From the NCBI GenBank assembly GCA_965116925.1, contig OZ220744.1:2400001-2464000 (forward strand): a stretch of 64,000 nt of DNA. The letters are read 5' to 3'. Source of the DNA: Candidatus Poribacteria bacterium. GTDB taxonomy: Bacteria > Poribacteria > WGA-4E > PCPOR2b. The translations under genes were made by a program, and so were the position numbers. Below are positions 20,064 through 28,746 of this stretch, piece by piece. Within the stretch, counting starts at the first letter, position 1. Every line of letters begins with the position of its first letter. A model generated the notes under the pieces. The model saw only the letters and a list, made by a program, of their open reading frames with translations, was not told the origin of the DNA and ran no database searches.

Positions 20064-21847
20064 CAAGATGCCCTCCTTTCGCGACGAAGATCGATTGTCC
20101 TATTTTCATCAACATACCAGTCTCCTGCTTCCTGAATAAGTGCCACGGCGTATATATCACACGCTTCTTCGGGTGATACCAAGCCTTCACGGACATCATC
20201 TAAAACCTCGCTTGGAACCCGTTTTTCAGGGGGACCGTACCCACCGCCTCCCGGGCTGACAATCCTAATTTCGTCTCCGGCTTGGATCTGAATATCGGCG
20301 AATTTATTGGGAGAGGCAGTTCCGTAGACTTCGGAAAATGTCCGCCACCGGTCATCTCCATTTTTCCGAATCCGCACCGCGCCGCTCGATCCTTCTTTAC
20401 CACCAAACAGTCCCCACGCCCCTGTCTCGTGCCGGTCCATAAAGCTCGAAACCGTGATTTCCGGTGCGAGCACTTCAATAATTCTTTCGCTGCCACAGCC
20501 GCCGCGATGCTGACCGTGCCCGCCCGAATCCTCGACGATACGGTATGTCTTCGTCAGCCAAGGGTAGCGTGTCTCAAAGACCTCAACTGGCGTATTTCGG
20601 CAATTTCCATTAATTGGGCATTGTGTGTGATTTCCGTCGCCGGTCGCCTTGCCTCCCCAGCCGCAGCCGTCGATGTGGTAGTTTGCGTAATACTGTCCTG
20701 TATTTGGGTGTATCCCTCCGAAAAGAAAGTTACAGGAACTGGCACCGGTCGCCGCGGCGACGCGCTCCGGCACTGCGCCTGATAGACAGCCGAATAGGAC
20801 ATCAACGATCCGCTCGTGAATCTCGGAGTTGCCCCCGACGCTGGGGCCAGGGTGTTTTACATTCACAACAGTGCCCGGTGGGACAATCAGTTGGATGGGG
20901 CGATAACAGCCTGAATTGCGGGGGATGGTCTGATCGGTGATGTTGAGCATTGCGTTGAACGTGGCAGAGGCGGTCACACCGTAGGTGCAGTTGCAGGGAC
21001 CCCGCGCTTGGGGACTTGAGCCGGTGTAATCAAAGAGGATGTTTTCGTCCTCCACGATGGCTGTGCAGTTGATGCGATACCGTTTGTCAGGAACAACGCC
21101 GTCATTCTCGATCCAGTCATCGAATTGGTACTCGCCGTTGGGGATGTCTCGGATTTCTGCCCGCATCCGTGCTTCGGAGTAGTCCATGAGCTGCTTGCCT
21201 GCGGTGAGAATTTCATCGAAACCGTACCGATCGAGGAGTTCATGGAGTCGCCGCTCTGCCACATTGAGCGATCCGAGCATCGCGTGAAAATCGCCCCAAG
21301 AGGTGCGCGGTGTCCGGTGATTTTCAAGGATAATTTTCCAGATGTCTTCAACGGGTTCGCCTTCTCGGATAATCTTGACCGGCGGCAATCGGAGCCCCTC
21401 TTGGTAGACCTCCTTGGCATCCGCTGCGAAACCGCCGACCGCTTTCCCACCAATCTCTGTGACGTGGGCGATGTTGCCGATGAACCCGTATAACTCGTCG
21501 TCGTGGTAGACCGCTTGAATCACTGTATGCTCCGGCATGTGACATCCGCCGCGGTAGGGGTCGTTGTGCATCACCACATCGCCGGGCTTGAAGTTTTCCA
21601 GACCGATTTCGGCGATCGTCCACTGCATGGTGTAGAGAATTGCGCCGATCTGGGCGGGACAGAACTCCGCATAAGCCACCATCTCGCCGTCGCGATCAAA
21701 GATAACGCAGGAGAAATCCAGTCCTTCGTTGAAGATGGAGGAGTAGGAGGTCTTCATCATTGCCAATCCCATCTCACGACAGGTATTGACGAGGTAGTTG
21801 TTGATGATGGTGAGTGTGACGCTGTCTATCGGTTTTTCTGTTTTCAT
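20063..21847 (-). CDS. Hydantoinase B/5-oxoprolinase family protein
   Basis: TSYSSIFNEGLDFSC, NDPYRGGCHMPE, QEGLRLPP, NTPVEVFE, PGGGGYG. Confidence 0.92.
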   Translation of the reverse strand: MKTEKPIDSVTLTIINNYLVNTCREMGLAMMKTSYSSIFNEGLDFSCVIFDRDGEMVAYAEFCPAQIGAILYTMQWTIAEIGLENFKPGDVVMHNDPYRGGCHMPEHTVIQAVYHDDELYGFIGNIAHVTEIGGKAVGGFAADAKEVYQEGLRLPPVKIIREGEPVEDIWKIILENHRTPRTSWGDFHAMLGSLNVAERRLHELLDRYGFDEILTAGKQLMDYSEARMRAEIRDIPNGEYQFDDWIENDGVVPDKRYRINCTAIVEDENILFDYTGSSPQARGPCNCTYGVTASATFNAMLNITDQTIPRNSGCYRPIQLIVPPGTVVNVKHPGPSVGGNSEIHERIVDVLFGCLSGAVPERVAAATGASSCNFLFGGIHPNTGQYYANYHIDGCGWGGKATGDGNHTQCPINGNCRNTPVEVFETRYPWLTKTYRIVEDSGGHGQHRGGCGSERIIEVLAPEITVSSFMDRHETGAWGLFGGKEGSSGAVRIRKNGDDRWRTFSEVYGTASPNKFADIQIQAGDEIRIVSPGGGGYGPPEKRVPSEVLDDVREGLVSPEEACDIYAVALIQEAGDWYVDENRTIDLRRERRAS

Positions 21848-21888
21848 TTATTTTCTCTAGTCAGGAATTTATAGTATGTGTGCCCGTC

Positions 21889-21920
21889 AGAAATCGAGTT
21901 CTTAGAAAAACTTGGTTTCT
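21889..21920. repeat. Isolated core hairpin of MITE family A
   Basis: AGAAATCGAGTTCTTAGAAAAACTTGGTTTCT. Confidence 0.55.
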
Positions 21921-21975
21921 CGGAGAACAGCCTAACAGCAAACCTACCCTCCAAAAGTATCAACCCAATTAGGTT

Positions 21976-22464
21976 TTATTGCTTTTTGAAGACAATGACC
22001 TCACCATCGTCGCTGTTAATTGTGAGGGTATTCCCGCTTCTAGACCATGTACCGGTATCTTCGTCTGCACCTCCAAAAAAAGTAGGTGCTTCTCCTTCCG
22101 TTGTGATTGTGAGTGTATAGCTGGAGCCAGATAGAGAGTAAGTACCCATAAATTTAACTGAACTCTGTAGTGAAAATTCGGTCCCTCCCTCTTTTACTTC
22201 AACCTTTACAGCAAAATCCGCATCCATCATTCCGTCGTCATTAAACGTCCAGTTGTTGGTAACAATAGAAAAATTTATGCTTTCTTCTCCAAAATCTGCT
22301 GCCAAAGCTTGTTCTAAACTCTGACCATCAATGCTTTCTATTGCCCATGTGCCGACCCAATCATTCTCATCATCTTCACTACCACAACCGACGACTCCGA
22401 TAATAAGAAATGCACCAAGGCCAACTAACCACAAAAACGAACGGGGACTTACTTGTTGAAACAT
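21976..22464 (-). CDS. Lipocalin-like lipoprotein
   Basis: Lipobox VVGC; VGTW, WTFNDDG, GTWSRSGNTLTI. Confidence 0.7.
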   Translation of the reverse strand: MFQQVSPRSFLWLVGLGAFLIIGVVGCGSEDDENDWVGTWAIESIDGQSLEQALAADFGEESINFSIVTNNWTFNDDGMMDADFAVKVEVKEGGTEFSLQSSVKFMGTYSLSGSSYTLTITTEGEAPTFFGGADEDTGTWSRSGNTLTINSDDGEVIVFKKQ

Positions 22465-22555
22465 TTTTTGTTTTCCTTATTAAGTTGGAATAAACTTTAG
22501 ATTTTTGAATAAGAAACAATAAGGAAAACAGGCCACAAATGCCTATCTCCCTTTT

Positions 22556-22638
22556 GGCTTCATGAAACCGATGTCGAGATAGGGCGGGGCAGGATGCCCC
22601 ACCTACGGTTTCCGTTGCACGCTTTCTTAACATGAGCC
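22556..22638 (-). mobile_element. MITE family A variant with nested REP-like hairpin
   Basis: Minus strand GGCTCATGTTAAGAAAGCGTGCAACGGAAACCG, then GTAGGTGGGGCATCCTGCCCCGCC, then CGGTTTC. Confidence 0.65.
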
Positions 22639-22659
22639 AATACTTTTTAACCCACTTTC

Positions 22660-22710
22660 CTACTTCAGAATCATCATCTGTCGTGTGGCGGAGTAGTTGG
22701 CTACTGTGAG
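22660..22710 (-). pseudogene. Out-of-frame remnant of the last 16 codons of the FlgD-like C-terminal domain of the LRR gene
   Basis: Reads LTVANYSATRQMMILK-stop followed by GAAAGTGGGTTAA; the paralogue ends LTAGDYSATRKMTILK-stop followed by the same GAAAGTGGGTTAA. Confidence 0.85.
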
Positions 22711-24386
22711 AACGCATCTGCAACCCACACCAGATCCAACATATTAACTATCCCATCTCCGTTAATATCTGTTGGTAAATCCGGACCTTCACTACCAAAT
22801 GCGGACGCAACCAAAACCAAATCTAGGAGATTCACGACACCGTCGTCGTTGACATCCGTTGCAATCGGTGGTGGTTCTGTATCCGAGATAACGTTAAAGA
22901 TTACCGGATCATCTATAACCAATCCCGCAGCGGTTGCGGAAACGGTGTGTATTCCCAAATTCTCTCCTAGCGTGAGTGTGCTCTGCGCCCTGCCATTTTC
23001 CTCAGTGGTTGTGTGTGTGACACTGAGCGTTCCGTCGCCGGCAGTCACGGCAAACGTGACCGGAACCCCCTCAAACGCGGAACCGTACTCATCCCGCACT
23101 TCAACGACAAATGGGTTCAGTGTTACAGAGGGAGCACCGCGCTGGTAACCCGAGATATTCAGGATGGTCGTAGGGGTACGGTGGCGAAAACGGAAGCTAA
23201 CGCCTCTCGCCCTTAGGATCGGGATGTGTGTGTGAATTGATGGGTAGTTAAGAGAATTTTCTCGCAGCCCAACTATGTCTTCGTCCCCTAACCCCGTATT
23301 TGTTACTAGGGTTGAGATATCCGATATAGCGTTGTCATATAGCCACAGCCATTTTAGATTAGTCAATCCTGCTAGCGGTGAAATGTCCGATATGGAATTG
23401 TGCACAAGAGACAGTTCCGTCAGATTGATTAGTCCTGCCAGTGCCGAAATATCAGATAGTGAATTACCCCCAAGATCTAGATCTATCAGGTTAGTCAATC
23501 CCGTCAGAGGCGAAATATCGGATATAAAGTTACTCACAAGATATAACCGTTTCAGGTTGCTTAGTCCTGCCAGAGGCGAAATATCGGATATTGGATTATT
23601 TCTAAGAGACAGTCCTGTCAGTGTGGTTAATTCCATCAGCGGCGAAATATCGGATATTGGGTTATTCGTAAGAGAGAGCCATTTCAGGTTAATCAGGTCC
23701 GCTATAGGTGAAATATCCGATATAGGGTTGTCGTCAAGAGTTAGCGATATCAGGTTGGTCAACCCTGTCAGCGGCGGAATATCTGATATAGAATTGTCGT
23801 TAAGATCCAGCCCCGTTAGGCTGGTCAACTCTGTCAACGGTGAAATGTCTGATATAAAGTTGTTCCCAAGACCCACTCCTGTCAGGTGAGTCAATCCTGC
23901 TAGCGGCGAAATATCCGATACGGAGTTGTCATCAAGACCTAGTTCTATCAGGTTGGTCAATCCCGCCAGCGGTGAAATGTCTGATATAGAGTTGCCCCAA
24001 AGATATAGAACTGACAGGTTAGTTAATCCTGCCAGAGGCGAAATATCTGATACGGAGTTGTACCCAAGGTTTAACCATGTCAGGTTAGTTAATCCTGCTA
24101 CAGATGAGATATCCGATACAGAGTTGCCCTCAAGATCCAACCCTGTCAGATTGATTGCGAACTCCAGTCCGGTCAAATCGCTTATGCTAGCGTCGTCTCC
24201 TTCAAGATCTGTCAAGATCTCCATCTCTGCCACAGTGATTATGGCACCTGACGCTTTGCCGAGGGCGGCTTCGACGACAGTGCGGAGGTTGGGGTCGGGG
24301 ATGTTCACTGTTTGTGCCGTTGTTGTCAACGGAATCGAGACGCAGATTAACAGGAAAAAAGTGAGACGAAAAAGTTGTGTTCTCAT
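22701..24386 (-). CDS. Secreted internalin-like LRR protein with Ig-like (Big) and dockerin-like domains; C-terminal domain deleted
   Basis: Signal peptide, IPDPNLR cap, 14 LRRs of 22 aa, GVPVTFAV...TTEENGRAQSTLTLG, DVNDDGVVNLLDL/DINGDGIVNMLDL. Confidence 0.9.
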   Translation of the reverse strand: MRTQLFRLTFFLLICVSIPLTTTAQTVNIPDPNLRTVVEAALGKASGAIITVAEMEILTDLEGDDASISDLTGLEFAINLTGLDLEGNSVSDISSVAGLTNLTWLNLGYNSVSDISPLAGLTNLSVLYLWGNSISDISPLAGLTNLIELGLDDNSVSDISPLAGLTHLTGVGLGNNFISDISPLTELTSLTGLDLNDNSISDIPPLTGLTNLISLTLDDNPISDISPIADLINLKWLSLTNNPISDISPLMELTTLTGLSLRNNPISDISPLAGLSNLKRLYLVSNFISDISPLTGLTNLIDLDLGGNSLSDISALAGLINLTELSLVHNSISDISPLAGLTNLKWLWLYDNAISDISTLVTNTGLGDEDIVGLRENSLNYPSIHTHIPILRARGVSFRFRHRTPTTILNISGYQRGAPSVTLNPFVVEVRDEYGSAFEGVPVTFAVTAGDGTLSVTHTTTEENGRAQSTLTLGENLGIHTVSATAAGLVIDDPVIFNVISDTEPPPIATDVNDDGVVNLLDLVLVASAFGSEGPDLPTDINGDGIVNMLDLVWVADAFSQ

Positions 24387-24584
24387 GGGGTTATCTCCTC
24401 CGCGATTGGAAATGCGTGTGAAATCTCTGTGGATTGATTGCCTGTTACTTTTATCCAGACGCGGATCTCGGTTTCACTAGAGAGAATTTTATGCCGATCA
24501 GCATACTACAAAATAAGGGGGTAAGTCAACGTTTTTTTCAGGTTTGATGTTCTTGGAGAGGCAATTTCCGCTCAGGTTTTTTGG

Positions 24585-24613
24585 TTTACAGAGACCTTCT
24601 GTCATGCTATAAT
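24585..24613 (+). promoter_or_regulatory. sigma-70 promoter upstream of riboflavin synthase (copy 1 of a duplicated 48-bp block)
   Basis: TTTACA-17 bp-TATAAT with extended TG. Confidence 0.75.
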
Positions 24614-24698
24614 AACTCACCTAATCTACGATCAACATCCCTGATACAAATCGGGGGAACAGACTCTAACAGGGAGATTGAAACTAAAGCAGATAGTC

Positions 24699-25343
24699 AT
24701 GTTCACAGGAATTGTTGCCGAGTTGGGAACCGTAAAGGGGATTCAGCGCAGCTCACAGGCGGGAGTGCTGACCATTACAGCCGCAGAGGTATTATCGGAT
24801 GGGGTTGTCGGGGATAGTATTGCGATAGATGGGGTCTGTCTGACGATCACGGATCTGACGCACGACAGTTTCACGGCAGATGTTTCTGCTGAGACATTAC
24901 GTCGCACAACATTGGGTTCCCTCAAGCCGGGCGATCCGGTCAATCTTGAGAGCGCGTTGCGCTTGGCGGATCGGTTGGGCGGGCATCTCGTTTTAGGGCA
25001 TGTTGACGAGGTCGGGATCATCAGCGGTTGGCAGGACGAAGGCACATCATCATTGATGCGCGTTTCGATTTCTCCTGAAGCAATGCGGTATGTGGTGTAT
25101 AAGGGCTCAGTCTGTGTTGACGGTGTCAGTCTGACAATCTCAAATCTGTTTGACGATGGTTTTGAGGTCGCGCTTATCCCCCACACCAAGCAGGTGACGA
25201 CGTTGGGACATAAACGGGTTGGCGATCGTGTGAATATCGAGGTAGATCTGTTAGGGCGGTATATCGAACGGTTGTTGACTTATCCATCTGTCGAAGGGGC
25301 ATCAATCGATATGGACTTCTTAGCAAAGCACGGGTATATTTGA
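24699..25343 (+). CDS. ribE: Riboflavin synthase (alpha chain; ribC in E. coli nomenclature)
   Basis: Canonical MFTGIV start, GDSIAIDGVCLT, VNLE, GGHLVLGHVD, KGSVCVDGVSLT. Confidence 0.95.
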   Translation: MFTGIVAELGTVKGIQRSSQAGVLTITAAEVLSDGVVGDSIAIDGVCLTITDLTHDSFTADVSAETLRRTTLGSLKPGDPVNLESALRLADRLGGHLVLGHVDEVGIISGWQDEGTSSLMRVSISPEAMRYVVYKGSVCVDGVSLTISNLFDDGFEVALIPHTKQVTTLGHKRVGDRVNIEVDLLGRYIERLLTYPSVEGASIDMDFLAKHGYI

Positions 25344-25358
25344 AATCAAAATTTCGAC

Positions 25359-25512
25359 TATGATGAATTCTAAAAACAGATAGACACTTTCGCCCCTCGG
25401 TTTCGATCCCGATTCTCGGGATTCCGATGTATCGGAACAGGAATACGGGACGAGGAGAACGGTAGGTGCGGTTTTCTAACCGCACCAGCTTGGAGTGTCC
25501 CATTAATTCTAA
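25359..25512. mobile_element. MITE family B, right end truncated, with REP-like hairpin
   Basis: TATGATGAATTCTAAAAACAGATAGACACTTTC...GGTAGGTGCGGTTTTCTAACCGCACC...TTGGAGTGTCCCATTAATTCTAA. Confidence 0.65.
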
Positions 25513-25525
25513 TTAACCCACTTTC

Positions 25526-27721
25526 CTACTTGAGAATCGTCATCTTCCGTGTGGCAGAATAATCGCCCGCTGTAAGGGTGTAAAAGTAAGTGCCACTTGC
25601 CATAGGTTCGCCGAATTCATTTTTGCCATCCCAATAGGCGGCACGGCTGCGGGTCTGATATATACCTGCGGGTTGATGTCCGAAGGCTAACTGCCGAACT
25701 GCTTGTCCGCTTGTGTCGTAAATAGTCAAGGTGACATCTGCCTCCTTTGCAAGATTATACGGTATCCACGTCTCCGGATTGAACGGATTTGGATAGTTGA
25801 GCAACAAAACAGTTTCTTTCGGTATCAGTGTTGCAAGAAGTTGCTCTAGAAACAGAATGCCTTTTAGAGACGTTGCATCTGTGAGATCTAGTTGTTGTGC
25901 TTGGGAAAGCCACCACTTTACATCTGCTGCGGTCAACATTTCAAATGCTTGTGCCGACGGTGCGGCCTCCGCAGCTCCAAACGCATCCGCAACCCATACC
26001 AAATCCGAAATATTAACTACCCCATCTCCATTAACATCCGTTGCTATATCCGGGCCCTTGCTCCCGAATGCGGACGCAACCAAAATCAAATCTAGGAGAT
26101 TCACGACACCGTCGTCGTTGACATCCGTTGCAATCGGTGGTGGTTCTGTATCGGAGATAACGTTAAAGATTACCGGATCATCTATAACCCATCCCGCAGC
26201 GGTTGCAGAAACGGTGTGTATTCCCAAATTCTCTCCTAGCGTGAGCGTGCTCTGCGCCCTGCCGTTTTCATCAGTAGTTGTGTGTGTGGCACTGAGTCTA
26301 CCGTCACCGGCAGTCACGGCAAACGTGACCGGAACTCCCCCAAACGCAGAACCGTACTCATCTCGCACTTCAACGACAAATGGTTTCAGCGTTACAGAGG
26401 GGGAGCCGCGCTGGTAGCCTGAGATTTTCAAGATTGCCGAAGGGGTACGGTGGCGAAAAATTACCTTAACTCGTCTTTCTTTTAAAATTGGGATGTGTGT
26501 GTTAAGCGATGGGTAGCTCAAGGGATTGCCTCGCAGCTCAACTTCATCTGCATACCCCAACCCTGTATTTGCTACCAACGCTGAGACATCCAATATAGAG
26601 TTATTCGCAAGGTATAACCATGTCAGATGAGTCAATCCTGTCACAGCCGAAATATCAGATATGGAGTTATTCGCAAGGTATAACCATGTCAGATGAGTCA
26701 ATCCCGCCACTGGTGAAATATCGGATATAGAGTTGCCTTCAAGATCGAGATCTGTTAGATGAATCAATCCCACCACAGGCGAAATATCAGATATAGAATT
26801 GCCTCCCAGATATAGCAATGTCAGCTTGGTTAATCCGGCTGTCGCCGATATATCGGATACCGAGTTCTCCCCCAGATCTAGCTCTTTGAGGTCGGCTAAT
26901 CCCATCACTGCTGATATATCCAACACTGCGTTGTCCCGAAGAGACAACATGGTCAGGTTAGTCAATCCTGCTAGGGGCGAAATATCGGATATAGAGTTAC
27001 CCTCCAAATACAGTTGTGTCAGGCTGGTTAATTCTGCCGCAGCCGAAATATCCGCTATCAAGTTACTACCCAAAAACAGCGATGTCAGATTAGGTAATCC
27101 TGCTAGGGGCGAAATATCGGATACCGAGTTCTTTGAAAGGCGTAGTGCTATCAGGTTAGTCAACCCTGCTATGGGTGAAATATCGGGTATAGAGTTGTAT
27201 CTTAAATCCAACTCTATCAGTTTGTTTAATCCCGCCACGGGCGCAATATCGGATATAGAGTTACCTCCAAAAAATAACTTAGTCAGATTAGTTAATCCCG
27301 CCACGGGCGCAATATCGGATATAGAGTTATCCCAAAGGTCTAGCCGTGTTAGATTAATCAACCCTGCTACAGGCGCAATATCGGATATAGCGTTGCGTCC
27401 AAGAGATAGCTTTGTCAGGTTAGTTAATCCCGCTAGGGGCGCAATATCGGATATAGAGTTATCCCAAAGATACAGTCGTGTCAAATTAGTCGCGAACTCG
27501 AGTCCGGTCAAATCGCTTATGCTAGCGTCCTGTCCTTCAAGGCGGGTCAAAGTCCCCATCTCTGCTACAGTGATTGGGTCCCCCGATGCTTTACGGAGAG
27601 CGGATTCGATAACAGCACGGAGGTTTGGGTCGGGAAGGTTCACCGTTTGCGCCCTTGTCGGCAATGGAATCGAGACGCAAATTAGCAGGAAAAAAGTGAG
27701 ACGAAAAAATTGTGTTTTCAT
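25526..27721 (-). CDS. Secreted internalin-like LRR protein with Big, dockerin-like and FlgD-like (T9SS type A sorting-like) C-terminal domains
   Basis: 15 LRRs of 22 aa; dockerin-like repeats; NYPNPFNPETWIPY...AAYWDGKNEFGEPMASGTYFYTL...TRKMTILK. Confidence 0.92.
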   Translation of the reverse strand: MKTQFFRLTFFLLICVSIPLPTRAQTVNLPDPNLRAVIESALRKASGDPITVAEMGTLTRLEGQDASISDLTGLEFATNLTRLYLWDNSISDIAPLAGLTNLTKLSLGRNAISDIAPVAGLINLTRLDLWDNSISDIAPVAGLTNLTKLFFGGNSISDIAPVAGLNKLIELDLRYNSIPDISPIAGLTNLIALRLSKNSVSDISPLAGLPNLTSLFLGSNLIADISAAAELTSLTQLYLEGNSISDISPLAGLTNLTMLSLRDNAVLDISAVMGLADLKELDLGENSVSDISATAGLTKLTLLYLGGNSISDISPVVGLIHLTDLDLEGNSISDISPVAGLTHLTWLYLANNSISDISAVTGLTHLTWLYLANNSILDVSALVANTGLGYADEVELRGNPLSYPSLNTHIPILKERRVKVIFRHRTPSAILKISGYQRGSPSVTLKPFVVEVRDEYGSAFGGVPVTFAVTAGDGRLSATHTTTDENGRAQSTLTLGENLGIHTVSATAAGWVIDDPVIFNVISDTEPPPIATDVNDDGVVNLLDLILVASAFGSKGPDIATDVNGDGVVNISDLVWVADAFGAAEAAPSAQAFEMLTAADVKWWLSQAQQLDLTDATSLKGILFLEQLLATLIPKETVLLLNYPNPFNPETWIPYNLAKEADVTLTIYDTSGQAVRQLAFGHQPAGIYQTRSRAAYWDGKNEFGEPMASGTYFYTLTAGDYSATRKMTILK

Positions 27722-27851
27722 GGATTTATCCCCCTAGCAGTTGGAAATGTGAGTAGGTATCTGTGCCTTGGTGGTTTGTTACCCTTATCCGAACGGGGCA
27801 TCTAATTTCCCCGCCATAGCCTCGATCGCCCGGTCAAGGCTACGGGAGAAT

Positions 27852-27988
27852 TATGGAATAAATAGAACTTTTGCCCCTCGGCTTCGATCCCTCCGATAAA
27901 TCGGGGTAAACTAATTATCGGGGCCGGTAGGTGCGGTTAGGAAACCGCACCGATTTGGAGTGTCTTATTCATTCTAAGATCCACTATA
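27852..27988. mobile_element. MITE family B copy
   Basis: TATGG...AATAAATAGAACTTTTGCCCCTCGG...GGTAGGTGCGGTTAGGAAACCGCACC...TTGGAGTGTCTTATTCATTCTAAGATCCACTATA. Confidence 0.7.
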
Positions 27989-28015
27989 AATGACTCTAAC
28001 GCTCAGGTTTTTTGG

Positions 28016-28044
28016 TTTACAGAGACCTTGAGTCATGCTATAAT
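28016..28044 (+). promoter_or_regulatory. sigma-70 promoter (copy 2 of the duplicated block)
   Basis: TTTACA-17 bp-TATAAT; 28000-28047 matches 24569-24616 at 46/48 positions. Confidence 0.7.
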
Positions 28045-28642
28045 AACCACAGTTGCTGCTTCCGATACTGAAGGTTGAATAGGGGCTTATTTGCCTAGCA
28101 AACCCTCGTTATTTTTTCTATGGGAACGTGACTGAAAAGTTCGGTTTCTCTTGTGAATACGCAACTTAGGTTGTTATCATCGTAGACAAATGCAGTACTT
28201 TAACCCGCTGCGATTGTAGAGCAACTTGTGTGCCATGCCTTTATTAACAATGAGGAACGCTGTCAGAATGATCGGGAGATCCCTCGAACCGTCGAATTTT
28301 ATCGTCAGATCCGAATAGGTATCGTTACACACAACATACCCATGAAGTTAAGGGTATTGTTGTGGATTGACACCCCATCCGGCTCATTGACACCTCTGGA
28401 ACAATCTAGCCGTAACTACCCAGAAATCGGGCGCATCTCACTTGTACATGATTTGAAAATTGCCCAATACCGTGCGAACCAGTTGGTGTCTTTAACCTTA
28501 AGTGTGCAAAGTACAGATTAGATGACTGCTAGAGGGGTATGACTCGCGCCCGATGTCTGATTAGGGTCTATCAGTCTATATCCCCCAAGATCTGTAAATC
28601 CCATAGTGAATGAGTCGATTTGCTATCTTAATCGATAAGATT

Positions 28643-28745
28643 TATGGTGAACACCAAAAATAAATAGACACTTTCACCCTCCGGTAGGTGCGTTTTCCTA
28701 ACCGCACCGGCTTGGAGCGTCCCATTAATTCTAAGATCTACTATA
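28643..28745. mobile_element. MITE family B copy, 103 bp, TA at both ends
   Basis: TATGGTGAACACCAAAAATAAATAGACACTTTC...GGTAGGTGCGTTTTCCTAACCGCACC...TTGGAGCGTCCCATTAATTCTAAGATCTACTATA. Confidence 0.7.
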
Positions 28746-28746
28746 A

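Noticed and set aside
22379..22723. 114-aa minus-strand ORF after the first LRR gene
   Set aside because: Runs through the deletion remnant and a MITE/REP composite; not protein-like
24620..24698. Possible FMN riboswitch or SD-sequestering leader before riboflavin synthase
   Set aside because: Too short and lacks the FMN consensus; its CCCTGAT-ACAA-ATCGGGG hairpin resembles a CCGAT..ATCGG micro-palindrome scattered elsewhere (e.g. ~25408, ~27893, ~44630)
22701..27721. Diversity-generating retroelement as the source of LRR variation
   Set aside because: No reverse transcriptase in the window and differences are not adenine-specific
23275..27737. Long plus-strand ORFs (23275, 23926, 25797, 26799)
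   Set aside because: Antisense shadows of the LRR genes' repetitive codon pattern; no RBS or domain signal
28228..28521. 97-aa ORF upstream of ribBA
   Set aside because: No RBS, no recognisable motif, atypical composition
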